Source: Eledone cirrhosa | Taxonomy: Eukaryota | DNA: 64,000 nt | Direction of reading: 5' to 3' | NCBI GenBank assembly: GCA_964016885.1 | Contig: OZ024743.1 | Span: forward strand, 303,862,001-303,926,000 | Part shown: positions 1-14,192 of the stretch, one piece after another | How the letters are laid out: every line of letters begins with the position of its first letter | Position numbering within the stretch: the first letter of the stretch is position 1 | Notes under the pieces: generated by a model | Told to the model about the DNA's origin: nothing | The model's input: the letters and a program-made list of their open reading frames with translations, nothing else | Databases searched by the model: none | Translations under genes and position numbers: made by a program

Positions 1-1275
1 ATTGTAGCGAATTCACTTCAGACATACCTTACTATTAGACATAAATTACCCGAGACGATATTACTCTTAAAATGCGGCAGCTTAACATATGGAATCGTTT
101 ATATACTAGGGTTATTTGTTCAATTTTCACACAGCGAAACACACATATATTATGGTGAGATGGGTTTTATCCTAGGTAATGTTGATATATGTTCAGATAA
201 TATAATTAGCAAATATAGACATAAATTTGTCCTGGTATTGGGAAAAACTATTATTTCAGGCAGAAATTTTCTTCCGAAATAAAACTCAAATCGGACGCGG
301 TCGTACGAAATAAAATCAATGTTTTTCGTACGATATACTTTACACATATATTAAGAATTGTATTTCACTATTTATGTTGACGCAGATAACTTTATTAAGA
401 TCAACTATACAAATAGAGATATTGAAATGGAATAGAGTTCTTAGTATTCCACACAGCAAAATTGCTTGATGCTCGGTTGCAAATATAGTGGTAAATATAG
501 TTGCAAATTTGGGTAACTGCTTGAAGACATTTCTCTATATATTCACCGTTAATGCCTTTCGGGGAAGACATACATAGTGCAGTCATTTATGTTCCTCTCA
601 TTGAAAGAATATAGTCGTACTTGCAAGTCAAAGAGAAAATGATATTATATTAGACTGTATCGGATTCGACTGCAGTAGAATCATATGTATGCTATAAGTG
701 AATTGCATAAATATATGAGAGAGCGTTCATAGTTGAAAACGTTTCATATTAATTCGCACACAAATTGCTTACCAAATTGTACAGACATCAGACACTTTCC
801 ATAATTGCTTGATATTAGAAACAATAAACAGTATTCATATCATTCAAATCCTGAAGCCAGATTAAGATTATTTGTAGGAAATATATTATTTCGTATAGGA
901 CGTTAAAAATGTAAACAGAACATCAGGTATAAATTCAAGCTATGCACTACTACGTCACTGGTGGAAAATCGTTGGAATTGACTACGCAATCAAGTCTATT
1001 CAACGCGGGCATGAAACTAATATAATATTATATACATCTCTTTAAATGTCATATATTAAGCCTAATAATTGAATAAACAAAAAAGACTCTTTACGTCGAG
1101 AAGTTTACATAGATTAAATAATTTGTTTTAACTGTTTTACATAGGGTGTTCCAACTAGTGCCGATACTTCTGCGAATTGAGAGATCGCAGCTCCAATTCT
1201 ATGGACATAGGTTTAGAATGTCTCAAGAATGAATCGCTGTACAGCTCTTACGGCAAAACCAACCAGCAGGAAACC

Positions 1276-1340
1276 AAGAAGAAGAAGAAGAAGAAGAAGA
1301 AGAAGAAGAAGAAAAAGAAAAAAAGAAAAAGAAGAAGAAG
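1276..1340. repeat. (GAA)n microsatellite
   Basis: Direct AGA/GAA run; explains the spurious poly-R ORF at 1229-1429. Confidence 0.95.
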
Positions 1341-2460
1341 ATTATTCATTTATTAAATGTACCAAAGTGAGAAATGGTGAGCGGTTAACTTTAATTCGAC
1401 ATTTATATATAAACATGTTCTACACATGAACACTTTCTAGTGTTTATTGTGCAAAATAAAAGATTGTATATTCATTTGTGTGTTTATTGGTACAACAACA
1501 TTCATGTTGGCATTTTCTATATTATTGCATATTTAGGGATCGGATCTTTATACATCTTCGAGATTCCTCTTTAAAGCAATTTCATACGTTTAATTCAAAT
1601 TTGAACACTCCGTTTAATCGCTATCAGGTATTAAGCAGTATATATTTAAACAGTCACTTTCTCGATTAAATCTACCTTTCAAGTATAATAGCAATATTTT
1701 AAAATCCTCTTGTATCTGTAAATGTAGATTGTAAATATCTGCAAATATTCTCGCGTAATCTGTTTCTGAACATATTCCTCCCTTTATGTTCAGCCTTCTT
1801 ACAGTTTTATATAATTTACATATAGTTATATAGAGTGTCTGATACTACTGTCAATACTCACAAACACCTGCTTCTTTAATACATTTCGCCACACATAATA
1901 AAATAACTATGAGTTTCTCAATTTCCTATTTTATCATTGTCATATGTGGGAGATAGTATTCGTGTTCCGAATTTCAGGGTAAATGTACATATATTATTTT
2001 GTTTGAAATTTCATATGAAATATTCGATATCATTTGCTCCAAGCTACTTATTTTGACATGCTTTTCATTAAGTATTTTTCTGCATGCCTCTTTTTTCATA
2101 CGGTTTCAGAATGAAACTTCATAATTCATCTCTGTATTGAAAGACTACACAATGGTTTGCCACATGGGAAACGTTTCCTCCGCCCACCTCTATAGCAAAT
2201 ATTTAAAAACATAAATACGAGATGGGTATATTTTATGATAGCATCTTTTTCCAACAATAAAATATACATAACGGGTCAGTTTCAGAACAAATGACAAAAA
2301 GTTGCCAAAACCTTAACCCTTACAAAACAATATAAATGAACAAATTCTTCATTAGAAGCTTGCTTTGAATATTTGAGCGCACAGATACTATTTTTATATA
2401 TCATGAATGCAACTTCTGACCTGTGGTGCAACGCAGCTAGTGCAAACACATTGGTTGTAA

Positions 2461-2723
2461 AATTATTCATCTTTAGACGCAAGTCAATTCGCATGGATAT
2501 ATCCAGCAAAAGTGAACTGTCGTTGAAAAAGCAAACGAAACAGAGCCTAGCGAAATCGAAAGACACTAGGTAGAGAACGGTCAACCAATGCATCTTCTTT
2601 CTAACTTCTTTTTCTGATGTGTGTTTTCAGTGTGTTGTTTGCTTTGTCAACGACCGTTCCCACTCGGGCATATTTTGCTGGATATATCCATGCGAATTGA
2701 CTTGCGTCTGAAGCTGAAGCATT
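2461..2723. mobile_element. Small fold-back / MITE-like element
   Basis: agacgcaagtcaattcgcatggatatatccagcaaaa (about 2475-2510) is the reverse complement of ttttgctggatatatccatgcgaattgacttgcgtct (about 2673-2709); a second, weaker inverted segment lies inside. Confidence 0.6.
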
Positions 2724-4456
2724 AGGTGGGATTTACACATTACGTCCATGACAGCAGGAATGTGTCCATTTGAGGATAATGCTTAACGATGATAGAGGCA
2801 TTCAAGCCTTTGATGAACTGAAAATAATTTGCGTTCCTGCATACGGAGCGGTCTGTTGGAAGACGACAACCAATAGGATGCAAGTCTTGCACAGTTGTCT
2901 CTGTCTCGGACTACTAAAAGTATTCTAAATGTGTTCGCAATTATAGAATAACAGTTTGTCATAGCCAAACCATATTACACGTACACTTTGAATCAAGTGA
3001 CAATTGATCAGTCAACAGTATCTCACAAAGATGCATTCATTCATCAAAAAATAAAACATATACCATCATCATGCATTGACTTTCCACAACTGCTAAAATA
3101 CACAGAAAATAGTAGGAATAATAGATAATGTTTTCTTCCTAAACGTTATATTGTTACTTGTAATCCGCTTTGAATGCTGATCAACACCTTAAATTTGTCT
3201 GTCTGTTTTTATGAGAATGCGCATTGATTTGTGTACATTCTCTTATTTTGTCTGGCACTGCCGCCTCCACCTCTTTGTCTACGACATGTCTTAATTCTTA
3301 AAGTTCATCGATTGTTGTCAAATTTATATGTGAACTCTCGGTGCTGGCGCCATTTGTTAGTTTATCCTGAGGTCACTTCTTAATTTTACTTCTACTAGCA
3401 ATGTTGTTTTTGGTTTCAAACATCTAATTTATATCTTCCAACATGGTATTTGGTCCAAAGAACTATTTGGATGTTAATGACCCTTCTCGAAACTAAAGAA
3501 AATATTTCAGTGTTCCTTGTTTGTGGAAATCATTATTTATTATCTAGGAATGTGACGTAGTAATGCACGTTTCAGCTTCATTTTTTATACATGTTATTTA
3601 CATATACCATTCGGGCAGCACATGTTGTAATACCTACTTAATATTCAGAATTCTATATCGTCCAGCAACATTTCCACTTACCCACTATTTTCTTTTCAAT
3701 TGCTCATCACCAAAACAACAGTTGAAATCGCCTACCGGTGGTCGATAACGCTGGGGAGCTCATCATTTGACTTCATTTAGCAGTTTATGCTTGTTAATGA
3801 TTGCTCCGTTTCTGAAGATTCAAGTTCCCATGTCTAGATACGATCTAGTATGTTAGCCTATATAGTCATAATAGCTACGATTGATGAAGTTGACTTTAAT
3901 TATTCTGTAGTCGTTGGTATTTTTCATTACGGTTATCGTAATAAATATGATGTGTTTATTTCTCTTAATAAAATTGTCAAAATTACTTGAATTCTCATCA
4001 TTCGTGTACAACATATTAATGTTATAAATAATATACGATAGAGTTGCGATTCATTTGATGAACAATTAGACTTTCCACATTCACACTTTAATGCTCCCAT
4101 TCATTCTTTTATAGTTGCTAACTGAAAAACATGGATTGGGTTGTCAGCGTATAGTAATTGAACATCAAAACTCATAAATAAAGAGGCAATATTAAAAAGA
4201 AACTCAGACATCGATTGCTAAATATATACGATGTAGTGTGGTATTGAATATATCTACGGATTTTTAGCCAACACTATGTATACATATATGCAAACCACAT
4301 GTCCGTACCTAAAATACTTTCGGGGGTAGAAAGAAAAGAGATCATCAGATATACTCGGAGAATGCTGTTTATGAATATAAATTAGTAGTAGCTTAAATAA
4401 AATGGATACAGGCACACACATAAACACACACGCGCAAATGTATATATATATATATA

Positions 4457-4772
4457 GTAATAATAATAAATGTCAAAACTAAAATCCAAAGAGGGCTCGA
4501 TAAGGATAAATATATATCAAATAAATAAGAACCGTAGAGCAAATATTTATTAAAATAACAGATTAAAGTTTAAGCAATGAATCGCTGCTTTCACCCTTAA
4601 CGGGATCTTCTGAAACTAACAAAGTCAATCTGTAAACGCAGAAGTGGATATTTCAAAAAACGTTGCAACCGGAAGAAGACAGGAAAGCGATACTTTGGTT
4701 CGTGGAAACGTTCGCTGGCAAAGAACGGGAAAAAACGAATAAGATACGTCATTAATAGGAGCGGTAAAAAAC
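4457..4772 (-). mobile_element. Penelope-like element 3' end (pLTR) fragment, same family as 55651-57132
   Basis: Near-identical to 55651-55960; starts at a (TA)n tract; contains an HHR fold. Confidence 0.8.
4567..4617 (-). ncRNA. Type I hammerhead-like ribozyme with variant CAGAAGA core
   Basis: Minus strand AGUUU-CAGAAGA-UCCC GUUAA GGGU-GAAA-GCA GCGAUUCAU UGC-UU-AAACU; stems I, II and III all pair. Confidence 0.65.
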
Positions 4773-4775
4773 AAG

Positions 4776-5443
4776 ACATGTCCGAGATGCGCGCAGGGCG
4801 ACAAAACCATCCTGCACGCACTCGTCCAGTGTCCGAGCATTGCTGACTTGTGGGTTTATGTCGAACACCTGCTGTCGGGTGTAGGACGGATCCGGCTATC
4901 ATCTGAGTCCATCGTGAGGATTGCCCCGCCCTCTTCCTTTAGCCGGGAAGGGCAGGCATTTTTTATCCGTCTGGTTGCCATGGCGAAACAGATAGTATGG
5001 TGGACACGTTTGAAAGGGCTGAAGACGAGCACTTACCTCTTCGGTGATGCCCTGATTGACTTTTTCAAATTTCATTTGAAAAGGAAAATCAGAGTAGAGA
5101 GGGAAGTGCTCTCTTCCCAGCATTTTGTTGAAAGATGGGTGAGAGAAGCATGAATGGCCCGAGTGAATGCGCCTAATCTGAGTATATATCTGTAAAATAA
5201 AGGTGGAAAACTGGGAGAGGGCACTTGCCTTGGTGGTCAGGGTCACTGTGGCCTTTTACTGGGCTTCTCCACAAATGTCCCTCCGAAGTCTCTCCCCTAT
5301 TGGGGGATTTGTCATTGTTATTTTTTTGTTACATCCTCTGTTTTTGTTTTTTACACGTAGAAATGCCCATTTGTACCGTCCTGTATTGTCCTGCACTGTC
5401 CTTAATGTCTACTTTATGTAAACCCTTGTGGTTAATAAAGAAA

Positions 5444-5444
<1 letters not shown>
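4776..5444 (+). mobile_element. 5'-truncated Tx1-clade LINE (ORF2 C-terminus and 3'UTR)
   Basis: CPRC..HALVQC zinc finger and WWTRLKGL...ERWV matching the ORF2 ends at 15.3, 21.2 and 26.5 kb; ends ccttgtggttAATAAAgaaa. Confidence 0.9.
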
Positions 5445-5445
<1 letters not shown>

Positions 5446-5497
<52 letters not shown>

Positions 5498-5526
5498 TTA
5501 TTATTTTTATTATTATTAATATTATT
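5446..5526. repeat. (TTA)n microsatellite joining two Tx1 copies
   Basis: Direct repeat run. Confidence 0.95.
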
Positions 5527-8500
5527 GGCAGTCAGACAGTGTAGACGTGTTTTTGGAGTTCAGCAAAAGTAGGAAATGTTCTGTTTATTTTCTTTGAAAG
5601 TGCCATACGACTTCCGTCTTTGTCCTGTGAAGGGGTACCTGTATAATAGTTGGGCCTTTTGGCCCAAATCTTTGAACATTTTGTATTTTTTTTAAATTCT
5701 CGGAAACAATAAAAACATGACTAGGCCATGAGCCCCAACATTAGGTCTGCTGGCGTGTGACAGCAACCTAAACGTTGAGAGGATGGAAGCTGCAAAGACA
5801 TTTAGCTGCACCACTAAAAACAGCATGAACAGCTGCAGCAGCAACACCAATAGTGACAATAATAACCTTTAATAAATAAACAAGGAGAACACGAACCACA
5901 TCAGTAACAGCGACAACCAAAAGACAGACAACATAAATAATGACAACAAAAACAACAGCAAAATTAAAACCATTAACAGAAACATAAACAGTGACATCCC
6001 AACAGCAACAATACCAACTGCACCGAGAACAACAACAGTGGGACCAACGATAAAACCAACTGCAACAGTGATAACAGCGACAACAACAACGACAACGACA
6101 ACAAACCAACAACAACCACAAGAACCCCTCGAATAAAGATGAGCAATTGGACCTGCCTGGAAACTCATCAAGCAAGTGCAAATCTGGTCCAACTCAACTG
6201 TCCCGGTAGAAGCTAATAGAGCAGTGGAGTGCAGAACAATGCATTACAGATGCATCAGCAGAAACAAGGTGGGCTGCTTTAATTGCACAGGCAGATGGCA
6301 CTGAACACATAGGTAGAGGCAGATAATACGACACCATTTCAGTGCTGTTTAAATCAGAAGCCCTCGCTATGAAACGTGCAATGACCCCTTGCAAAATGTA
6401 CCCCTCCAACATGGGAAAGAGAACAGCTCCTCTCCGCATTCCCCGGATCCCACCAGGACTTGTCATGGGGTGGCGTCTGGGATGCGTGAGTGTGAAGAGG
6501 ACGGTTACTGTCCTGATAGAGGTTACAAGGACTGCTAGAGAGGACTGGTCCGAGGTTGAATTGGAGAAACTTCTCCACATCAGGCCGGATAATATAAAAA
6601 CAATGCCGGACCGCATCCGTCTTCAGAACAGGCGGTTAATACATAATATGACTGAGGGAAAAGGCGCATTGTTTCGTTTGCGGAGAAAAAAAAACGTTTG
6701 TGAGCATTCTACACTCAACTGCTGAAAGATGCAAGGGATCGAAGGGCTCCACTACTGCCGACGCTGGGGCGAGGATCATCACCAACACCAGCACCGGAAA
6801 AGCCACCGGTAACATCACCAATATAAGCACGACCACCGACATTAAACATCCAAGTGAAAACGAGGAGATATTTCAAATTCCCCCCAAATAATTCCCACAT
6901 GGATAAAAACATAAACACACACACACAGACAAAGACACTTCATCTTCCAAAAAAAAAAAAAAAGAGAACATACAAAGAAAAAGATTCCACAAAGCACAAA
7001 AACACCCCCAATGAAATATGCTGATACCACCCACGCAAACATCTCCCAACAACACCAACATCAACACCAACTACAGCTTCACCATCACCAGATCCCCCAA
7101 ACACAAACAACCTAAACAGACACAAGAACAAATACACACACAAACATCTGAAACCACAGACACCGCACTCACAACAAACTGACACAACCGAAACAACACC
7201 AACAGAACCATCACCACCAAAGTCACGCAAGCAAATAAAATCGCACCGACAAAACATACAAAACTTCGTGCTGGTCACAAGGGCCAACACATAATTGATG
7301 GCCCTCATAGCACGAAGTAAAGAAATACAAGCAGATGGAGATTTTAAAATCGCTCACTTTCGCCGTGCCGGAAGATTAGTTTCTGGTGCGAATGTCGCTC
7401 GATTTCTACTAAGAGATTCGAGACAGCTTTGCTCGGGACGTGAGAACCCCAAACGTAAAACCCACATCCAGACTTTTACAAGGGTTCCCAATGAAACCTC
7501 ATCCGAACTTCACAACAGCCTTGGAGGTAACTAAACCTTTCCTCTGTCTTTTAGCCTGCCAACATGGACATATTAAGAGATGGAAGTTTAAATGTTCGAG
7601 GCCTGGGGTCGCGCTGGAAGCAAGGTCACCTGCTCAACGACCTCAGATTTCTAGAAATCGATGCAATAGCCGTCAGCAAGATTAGGATTTCCAACGTGCG
7701 CGCACTAGCCCCCATTTTCGACGACTATCAGATCTTCACAGGAATGGGATGTGGGGTGACAGTGCTGTTTAGGAAAGGCCTGGAAAGTCGGTTGTCCTGG
7801 ACGTGAACAATAGCGAAGGTGGTGACATTAGACTGGTGGCCGTCTACGTCCATACCGGGGCAGGGCGGCCCAACTTCTATAGACGACTGGAAGCCTTTCT
7901 GCGTACGTCTCGCCCTGTACTGTTAGCGTGGGACTGGAAAGGCATCTTAGACGCACGCTGTGACTGTGTGGGAGTATCCGATAGGAATAGGGAGTGAAAA
8001 ACCTCAACTACATGATCCGCCAGTTCACACTGTCTGACAGGTGCCGACTAGATTTCCCTAATGCGCAAGTGTGGACATGGACCAACCGCATAGGGCAATC
8101 TAGATCGTATATAGACAGGATATTCATTAGGAAAAGAGATAGAAATAGTGTAAGCTGTCCACGTTTTAAAACGGTCGCATACTCAGATCACAAGTCTGTA
8201 TGTTCGACGTAGATAAGACGCGTGGGTTACGGCCTGGTTACTGGAAGCTCAACATATTATTTCCGGCACCTAAGGCTTACGGGGACCGGATCAACAATTC
8301 AGTTAATAAAAGGTGGATGAGGGGGGTGGGTCAACAACTGATAGTGGGGTGCTCTCAAAAGAGAGATTAGAGTAATGTCGATAGTTTTAGGCAAAGTTGT
8401 AGCTTAGACAAAACTAGAAAGGAGGTGGGGTAGTAGATAAGTTAGACGAGGCTATTGGTAGTGGCATTGCAACTGAGGTGATAGTGGCGAAAATGGCATT

Positions 8501-10530
8501 AGACCATTTCTTCAATGCGAAACACAAAGGTTGCATTGTCAGAGCTAAAGCACATGCTCTGAGAAACGAGGGAAACAAAATTGTTCGATGCACCCGCGTG
8601 GCAAGGGCACAGCGTGGTAATAAAACCACAATTCGGTCTTTGACGGACCGAGACGGACACGAACTGAGTGATTCCAGGCGGATGTTTGAGGCCTTTCGCC
8701 AGCACTTTGCTCGGTTGTTCGGAGGAGGTGGTGGTCAGAGACGGTGCAGGAATCCAATCCCTACCTCGATGGCTTGCCGCAACTCTCGACAGCCGAGGGC
8801 TGAGCGCTGCGAAAGGCCGATAACGTCAACCTAAATTCAGGGTGTTCTTGTCTGCTGCAAGAGGCGCAAGTCACTTCGTTTGGAAGCGCTCTACTGCAGA
8901 GTTTAAGATTATAGCCAAGGTGTGAGTGAAGAGGTTGGCGCTTGTTGTCCTGGATTTTGTTGGGGTGGCGCAACTTGCGCAATACCGACCAGGTCCATAC
9001 ACCACAACCTACACCTCATGCGATACATATTAGAGAGGGTAGCGTCTAAAACTGTGTTCGATGGGGCTCTGATCAATTTAGATCAATCGAAGGCATTTTA
9101 TAGGGTCGACCATCGGTACATGGAGGCTGCTGGCTTCGGCGCCGCCTTCAGAAGCTGGATCGCTGCAATGCACAGCTGCATAGGCTCGTTAGTCAAAGTT
9201 AATGGTCACCTCTCGCAACCGTTTCAGATCTCCCGAATTGTCCGTCAGGGTTGCGCTATCCCCTCCCTTCTGTACGTATTGACTCTCGTGCCTTTACTGC
9301 AGAAGCTGAAGCTGTTGCAGGGCATCCCGATCGAACCGGCATGCGGAAAGGCTGTGTCGGCTTATGCGGATGACATCACCTTGATGGTGTCGGATACCTC
9401 GGAAATCGAGTTGTTCGGCAACTTATTGAAAGAATATTAAAGGTTGACGGGAGCAGAACTCAATCCGAAAAAGTCGATGGGCAACTCGGCACATGGAGAG
9501 GCAAGTCCATGCCGTCCAACAGCATCGTTTGGCGCTGGACGGAGAACCAGCCGGTAAAGTGGTTTGGGCCAGATCTCCAGTTGGAGGAGAATAGGGAGAA
9601 GGTGACGGGCAGGGTAGTTGTCTCACCTAGAAATCGGCTGCGAGGAAGCTATCACTGAAAGGGCGCGCGGAGGTGGTGAACGCGAACATTGCGTCCGTCA
9701 TCTACTAGTTCCTGAGTCGTGCCTTGCCCCCGTCCGCGCCTCGACAAATTGGAACGGCTATTCTTCAAATTTTTGTGGAGAGGACAGGTTCCGTTGATGA
9801 GGCGGTCCATCTGCTGCCAGCACCCTCTACGTGGAGGACTGAGCATGCCGTACCTAATGATGCGGAGACATACGCAGAGGCTATGTACAGGTGTGGTCGC
9901 CGTTTCCCTAACAGGCCTTTCCGGAGTTCGTCTCTTTGACTGATCTGCAGTCCTGGTTCAATAACAGGCCAAGACTGAGTGACAGACATCTGGAATTTTA
10001 CCAGGCTCTCACTGGCCTCTACCAGGTGGGCAATGCTGTTAGTGGAACCTACACTCTCGAGTTCTATAGAGGATTAGTCGCGGCAAGTGCGACGAAGCTC
10101 TCGGAGAGACTTTGGGCGTCGACGAAGTCGAACTAAAACCGTCTGTTCCGGAGAACCTTCGAGCCTGGGACCGTGGATAACTTCCAAAATCCCTCGCTTG
10201 TCAGTGCTACAGGGGGCACTGCTGGTTCAAGATAAAATCTACAGGCACGTAAGTGCTGTCAGACGTACCTGCCTGTGATGTGCGCAGAGCAACGAAACCG
10301 TTCTGCACGGACTCGTCCAGAGTTCATGCATTACTGACCTGTGGCATTATGTCGAAAAGCTGTTGTTGCGTGTAAAAAGGATCCGGCCGAATCCATAATG
10401 AAGATGGACCCGCCACCTTCCTCTGGCCAGGAAGGGCAAGCAATTTTCCTGTCTGGTGGCATTAGTGAAAGAGGTTTTATGGTGGACTAGGTTGAAATGA
10501 CTGAAGGCAGAAACTTTCTCTATCACCATA
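5527..10530 (+). mobile_element. Degenerate near-full-length Tx1-clade LINE (ORF1 about 5760-7530, ORF2 7564-10530, many frameshifts and stops, 3' end missing)
   Basis: APE start MDILRDGSLNVRGLG, SRSYIDRI, SDHK; RT motifs LDQSKAF, RQGC, AYADD; ORF1 YPSNMGK motif shared with the younger copies. Confidence 0.9.
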
Positions 10531-10891
10531 TGACTAACCCTACCTCCTCCATAATACCTACCAGCCATCTAGTGTCATTTAGTGTCATTTTGGGACAGAC
10601 GACTATCGATATAACACCAAATGTGCTGGCTATCAAGAGATTGAATTTTCTATTTCTATATGCTAACATTTGGTTCTGTCTCTTATAATTCATATTATGG
10701 TTGGTTTCAACGAAATCTTGTTATATAATTTTGCAAATAACATGTTATATAATTGCCTCCTCTTGCATCATAATGTAACTCAAGAGAAAAATGCTCATTA
10801 TTTAGTTTCAATCAAATGAATATATATTATACATATATAAGCGAAGATGCTGAAGGTTAGCGTGAATATATATGCAGTATTAGCATATAAT

Positions 10892-11079
10892 TGTTTCTAC
10901 TTTTGGCACAAGGCCAGAAAATACCCAAATACATTACTGGTACTTTATTTTATCGACCCCGTAAGGATGAAATGCAAAGTTAACCTCGACGGGATTTGAA
11001 CTCAGACCGTAAAGGGATGTAACTATGCTGGAAAGCATGGCGTCCGACTCTCTACCGATACTGCCAATCCACCGCCCTT
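10892..11079 (-). mobile_element. tRNA-derived SINE with 16-bp TSD
   Basis: Minus-strand A-box-like tggcagtatcgg and B box gttcaaatcc; TSD agtattagcatataat at 10876-10891 and 11080-11095; further copies in window. Confidence 0.9.
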
Positions 11080-11688
11080 AGTATTAGCATATAATACACA
11101 CGAGAACGGAAGAGGACATTTGCATTTCAAACTTGCCAGTTACGTTGATGGTGATGCAGTTTGAGCAACAGATTAACTGACAAGTTTGTAGGGGAAATGA
11201 TGCGAGACAATAAAATAAGAAAAAAACCCAATAAAATAAGAAAAAAAATGAATAAAATAAGGAAACAAATAAAGAGATAAATAAAATGAAATGGTAAAGG
11301 CTAGAAGTAATTAAACAGACAATGAATGTGTGCATCAAGTAGGACGGAATTGCCTTTTTTTAATGAGAGTTGAATAAACAAGCATGATAGACAATAAACG
11401 AGATGATTAGTCTACAAGACCAAATGGATGGCGTCTAATTTTGGAAAGGCAAACTGGCGAAGTTTGGTGGGTAATTTAAACAAACGTGAAGGAGAATATG
11501 GATGAGAGGGAAGGGGGGGGGGTATGTGAGAGAGAGAATACGTGTTAGAAGAAAATATAGGAATAGAATCATGTGAGAATTAAAAAAATAGAGCTTCATC
11601 AAAGATACTTATTAATGTATATATATATACACATATATATATGTATATATATATATATATATATGACCCTCCCTAAATATAACAATAT

Positions 11689-11748
<60 letters not shown>

Positions 11749-12097
11749 CAGAAGTGGATATATATATATATATATATACGCAAGACGAATGTTGCACTTA
11801 TATAAGTGCATCGGTGTCTGATAGGTCGGTCTGCATCTGACATTTAACAGCTAAAATACATTATATATCATTCTCAGTCTCTGTGTGTCGCTGCAAGATA
11901 TATGTAGCGTTAGATGTACAACAATAGGAACGTAAATCACCATTGAAAAACAAAGAATATATCTATTTCTTTACATGTGTTTGTCTTAGTCTCTATCTCT
12001 CTATCTATCTCTCTATCTATCTATATATCTATCTATTTATCCCTCTCTCGCCACTCTCTCTCAAAGAGAGAGAGAGAAAATGGGGTAGTGTATATTG

Positions 12098-12296
12098 GTT
12101 TCTTATATAGGCACAATGCCAGAAATTTTGGTGGGAGGGGAAAATCGACCCCAGTGCGTGACTGGTACTTTATTTTATCGATCCCGTAAGGATGAATGGC
12201 AAAGTTAACCTCGGCGGGATTTGAACTCAGATCATAAAGGCCGTAACTCTATTCTGCACAGCATGGCGTCCAACCCTCTACCGATCCACCGCCCTT
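12098..12296 (-). mobile_element. tRNA-derived SINE (same family) with TSD of about 19 bp
   Basis: Homologous to 10892-11079; TSD aatggggtagtgtatattg / aatgaggtaatgtatattg. Confidence 0.88.
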
Positions 12297-12606
12297 AATG
12301 AGGTAATGTATATTGAGCGTGAAATAAGTTAGAATACAGCAGCTGAGTCAAATAAGGATTATGTTACTATTTAGATTTTCATCTTATAGAGTAGAGTCAT
12401 GCGACATAAAATCATGTAAAACATAATGCTATATATATAAATACAGATTTTCTTTCTATTAGTTACGTTAACAAAACATGGTTTTATTAAATTATGTTGT
12501 TATATTTTCAAACAGGAAATACATTCGACCTATTTTATTTAATCAATAAAACAAAATGCAGTCTTCATCATAGACATTTAGCGTAAATATCACTTGAAGC
12601 CGAGCA

Positions 12607-12668
<62 letters not shown>

Positions 12669-13986
12669 CCTTTCTTTATTTTTCAGTTGTAACATGCTTC
12701 ATTGTAGACGAAGTAAAAAATATTAATGATTCTCATTAACGCAAAACATTCAGTGTAGCGGAAAAACTGAAAATATTAAATTTAGACAAGCAAAGTTTTG
12801 TCTCACAAGAAATGAAAGTATCTGATTCTAATAATTGTAATATTCCTGAATGAGGCCGGGTTTATGATGAAATATTTTGATGCTGAAACATTTATTAAAG
12901 GACGATCTAAAATATATAACTATCGTTTAAAGGTTAATTTAGTTTTATTTTTCCTTGCAGTGGGCAGCATTTAATAAACGTACTTGGGTTTGAATAGGTT
13001 AATTCACGTGTTTCCATGGTAGAAAATAAATAAAGTATACTCTCACGTAGATTCTCGGTAGGACTCGGTAACTAATATGCGAAAACCTATCTTCAATGAC
13101 ATATTACATTTCCTTTATTTGGTCACCATATGTTTCAGAATCATTTTCATTTAAATAATTTCCATAAGTTTTTTTCCCCAGGAACTTTTGAAATTTAGCT
13201 ACTAAGTTTACGTAATTTTATTAAACTCAACTTCATATCCTCCATCTTAAAAAATGTTGGTAAGCAAAACACAATTGATACTCATCCTTGTTATATTCAG
13301 GAGCCTCATGACTATTAACAAATTTGTAAAGTACGAATTCAAATCTGCAGGAGAACAAATATTTGAATTCATCGTTTGGATAAGCACTTACATAGCAATT
13401 CTGCAACATTCAAACCATCTAGATCAACATGGAGCAACACATAATAACTGTTAATTTTTATCTGCACTGCTCGGAGAGAATAGGTTTGTATGCGAAGAAA
13501 TAGAAGCATGTAATCTACCGTGTCTGTTATCCTAACCGAATGTATCATATATGTTTTTTCAAACAAAATTCCCATACAAAAATAAGTAATTTAACTGGAA
13601 ATTTTAATTTAGCTCATAGATGTTTAATAATGGTTATTTTTCATTAATGCAATTCATTGTTCTTTATCCGATGTATAATAAGTTAAAGAAGAAACATGAA
13701 CATAACATATTGAGGAAAATGCAACACATTGAGAAAATGTTGATTTTATATTTAGATGGTACATAAGATTTGGGCTTACGCCACCTATCAAAACGCTTTA
13801 GTCGATATTGTTTATGAGCAATCTACTTACCATGTAGCTTCAAATAGATGCATGGCTTGTATTTTGGTGCATATGTGAACGAAGATAATAATTATTTTAC
13901 TGTATAACTCCTATCTAAATGTAATTTAATGTGCTATAATTTGTCAAATCTAAGATGGCTTGAACTGAAATAGATTTGTATTTTAG

Positions 13987-14051
<65 letters not shown>

Positions 14052-14139
14052 ATACCTATCTATCTATCTATATATCTATCTATCTATATATCTATCTGTC
14101 TATATATTTATCTATCTATCTATCTATCTATCTATATAT

Positions 14140-14189
<50 letters not shown>

Positions 14190-14192
14190 CTC
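13987..14192. repeat. (TCTA)n / (GATA)n microsatellite, the Tx1 array target
   Basis: Direct repeat run; explains the LSIY N-terminus of ORF 13976-15307. Confidence 0.95.

Noticed and set aside
2735-2970. Possible minus-strand exon
   Set aside because: Short open frames with no recognisable homology
10980-11079. tRNA gene
   Set aside because: The A and B boxes belong to a SINE head with TSDs; no complete cloverleaf
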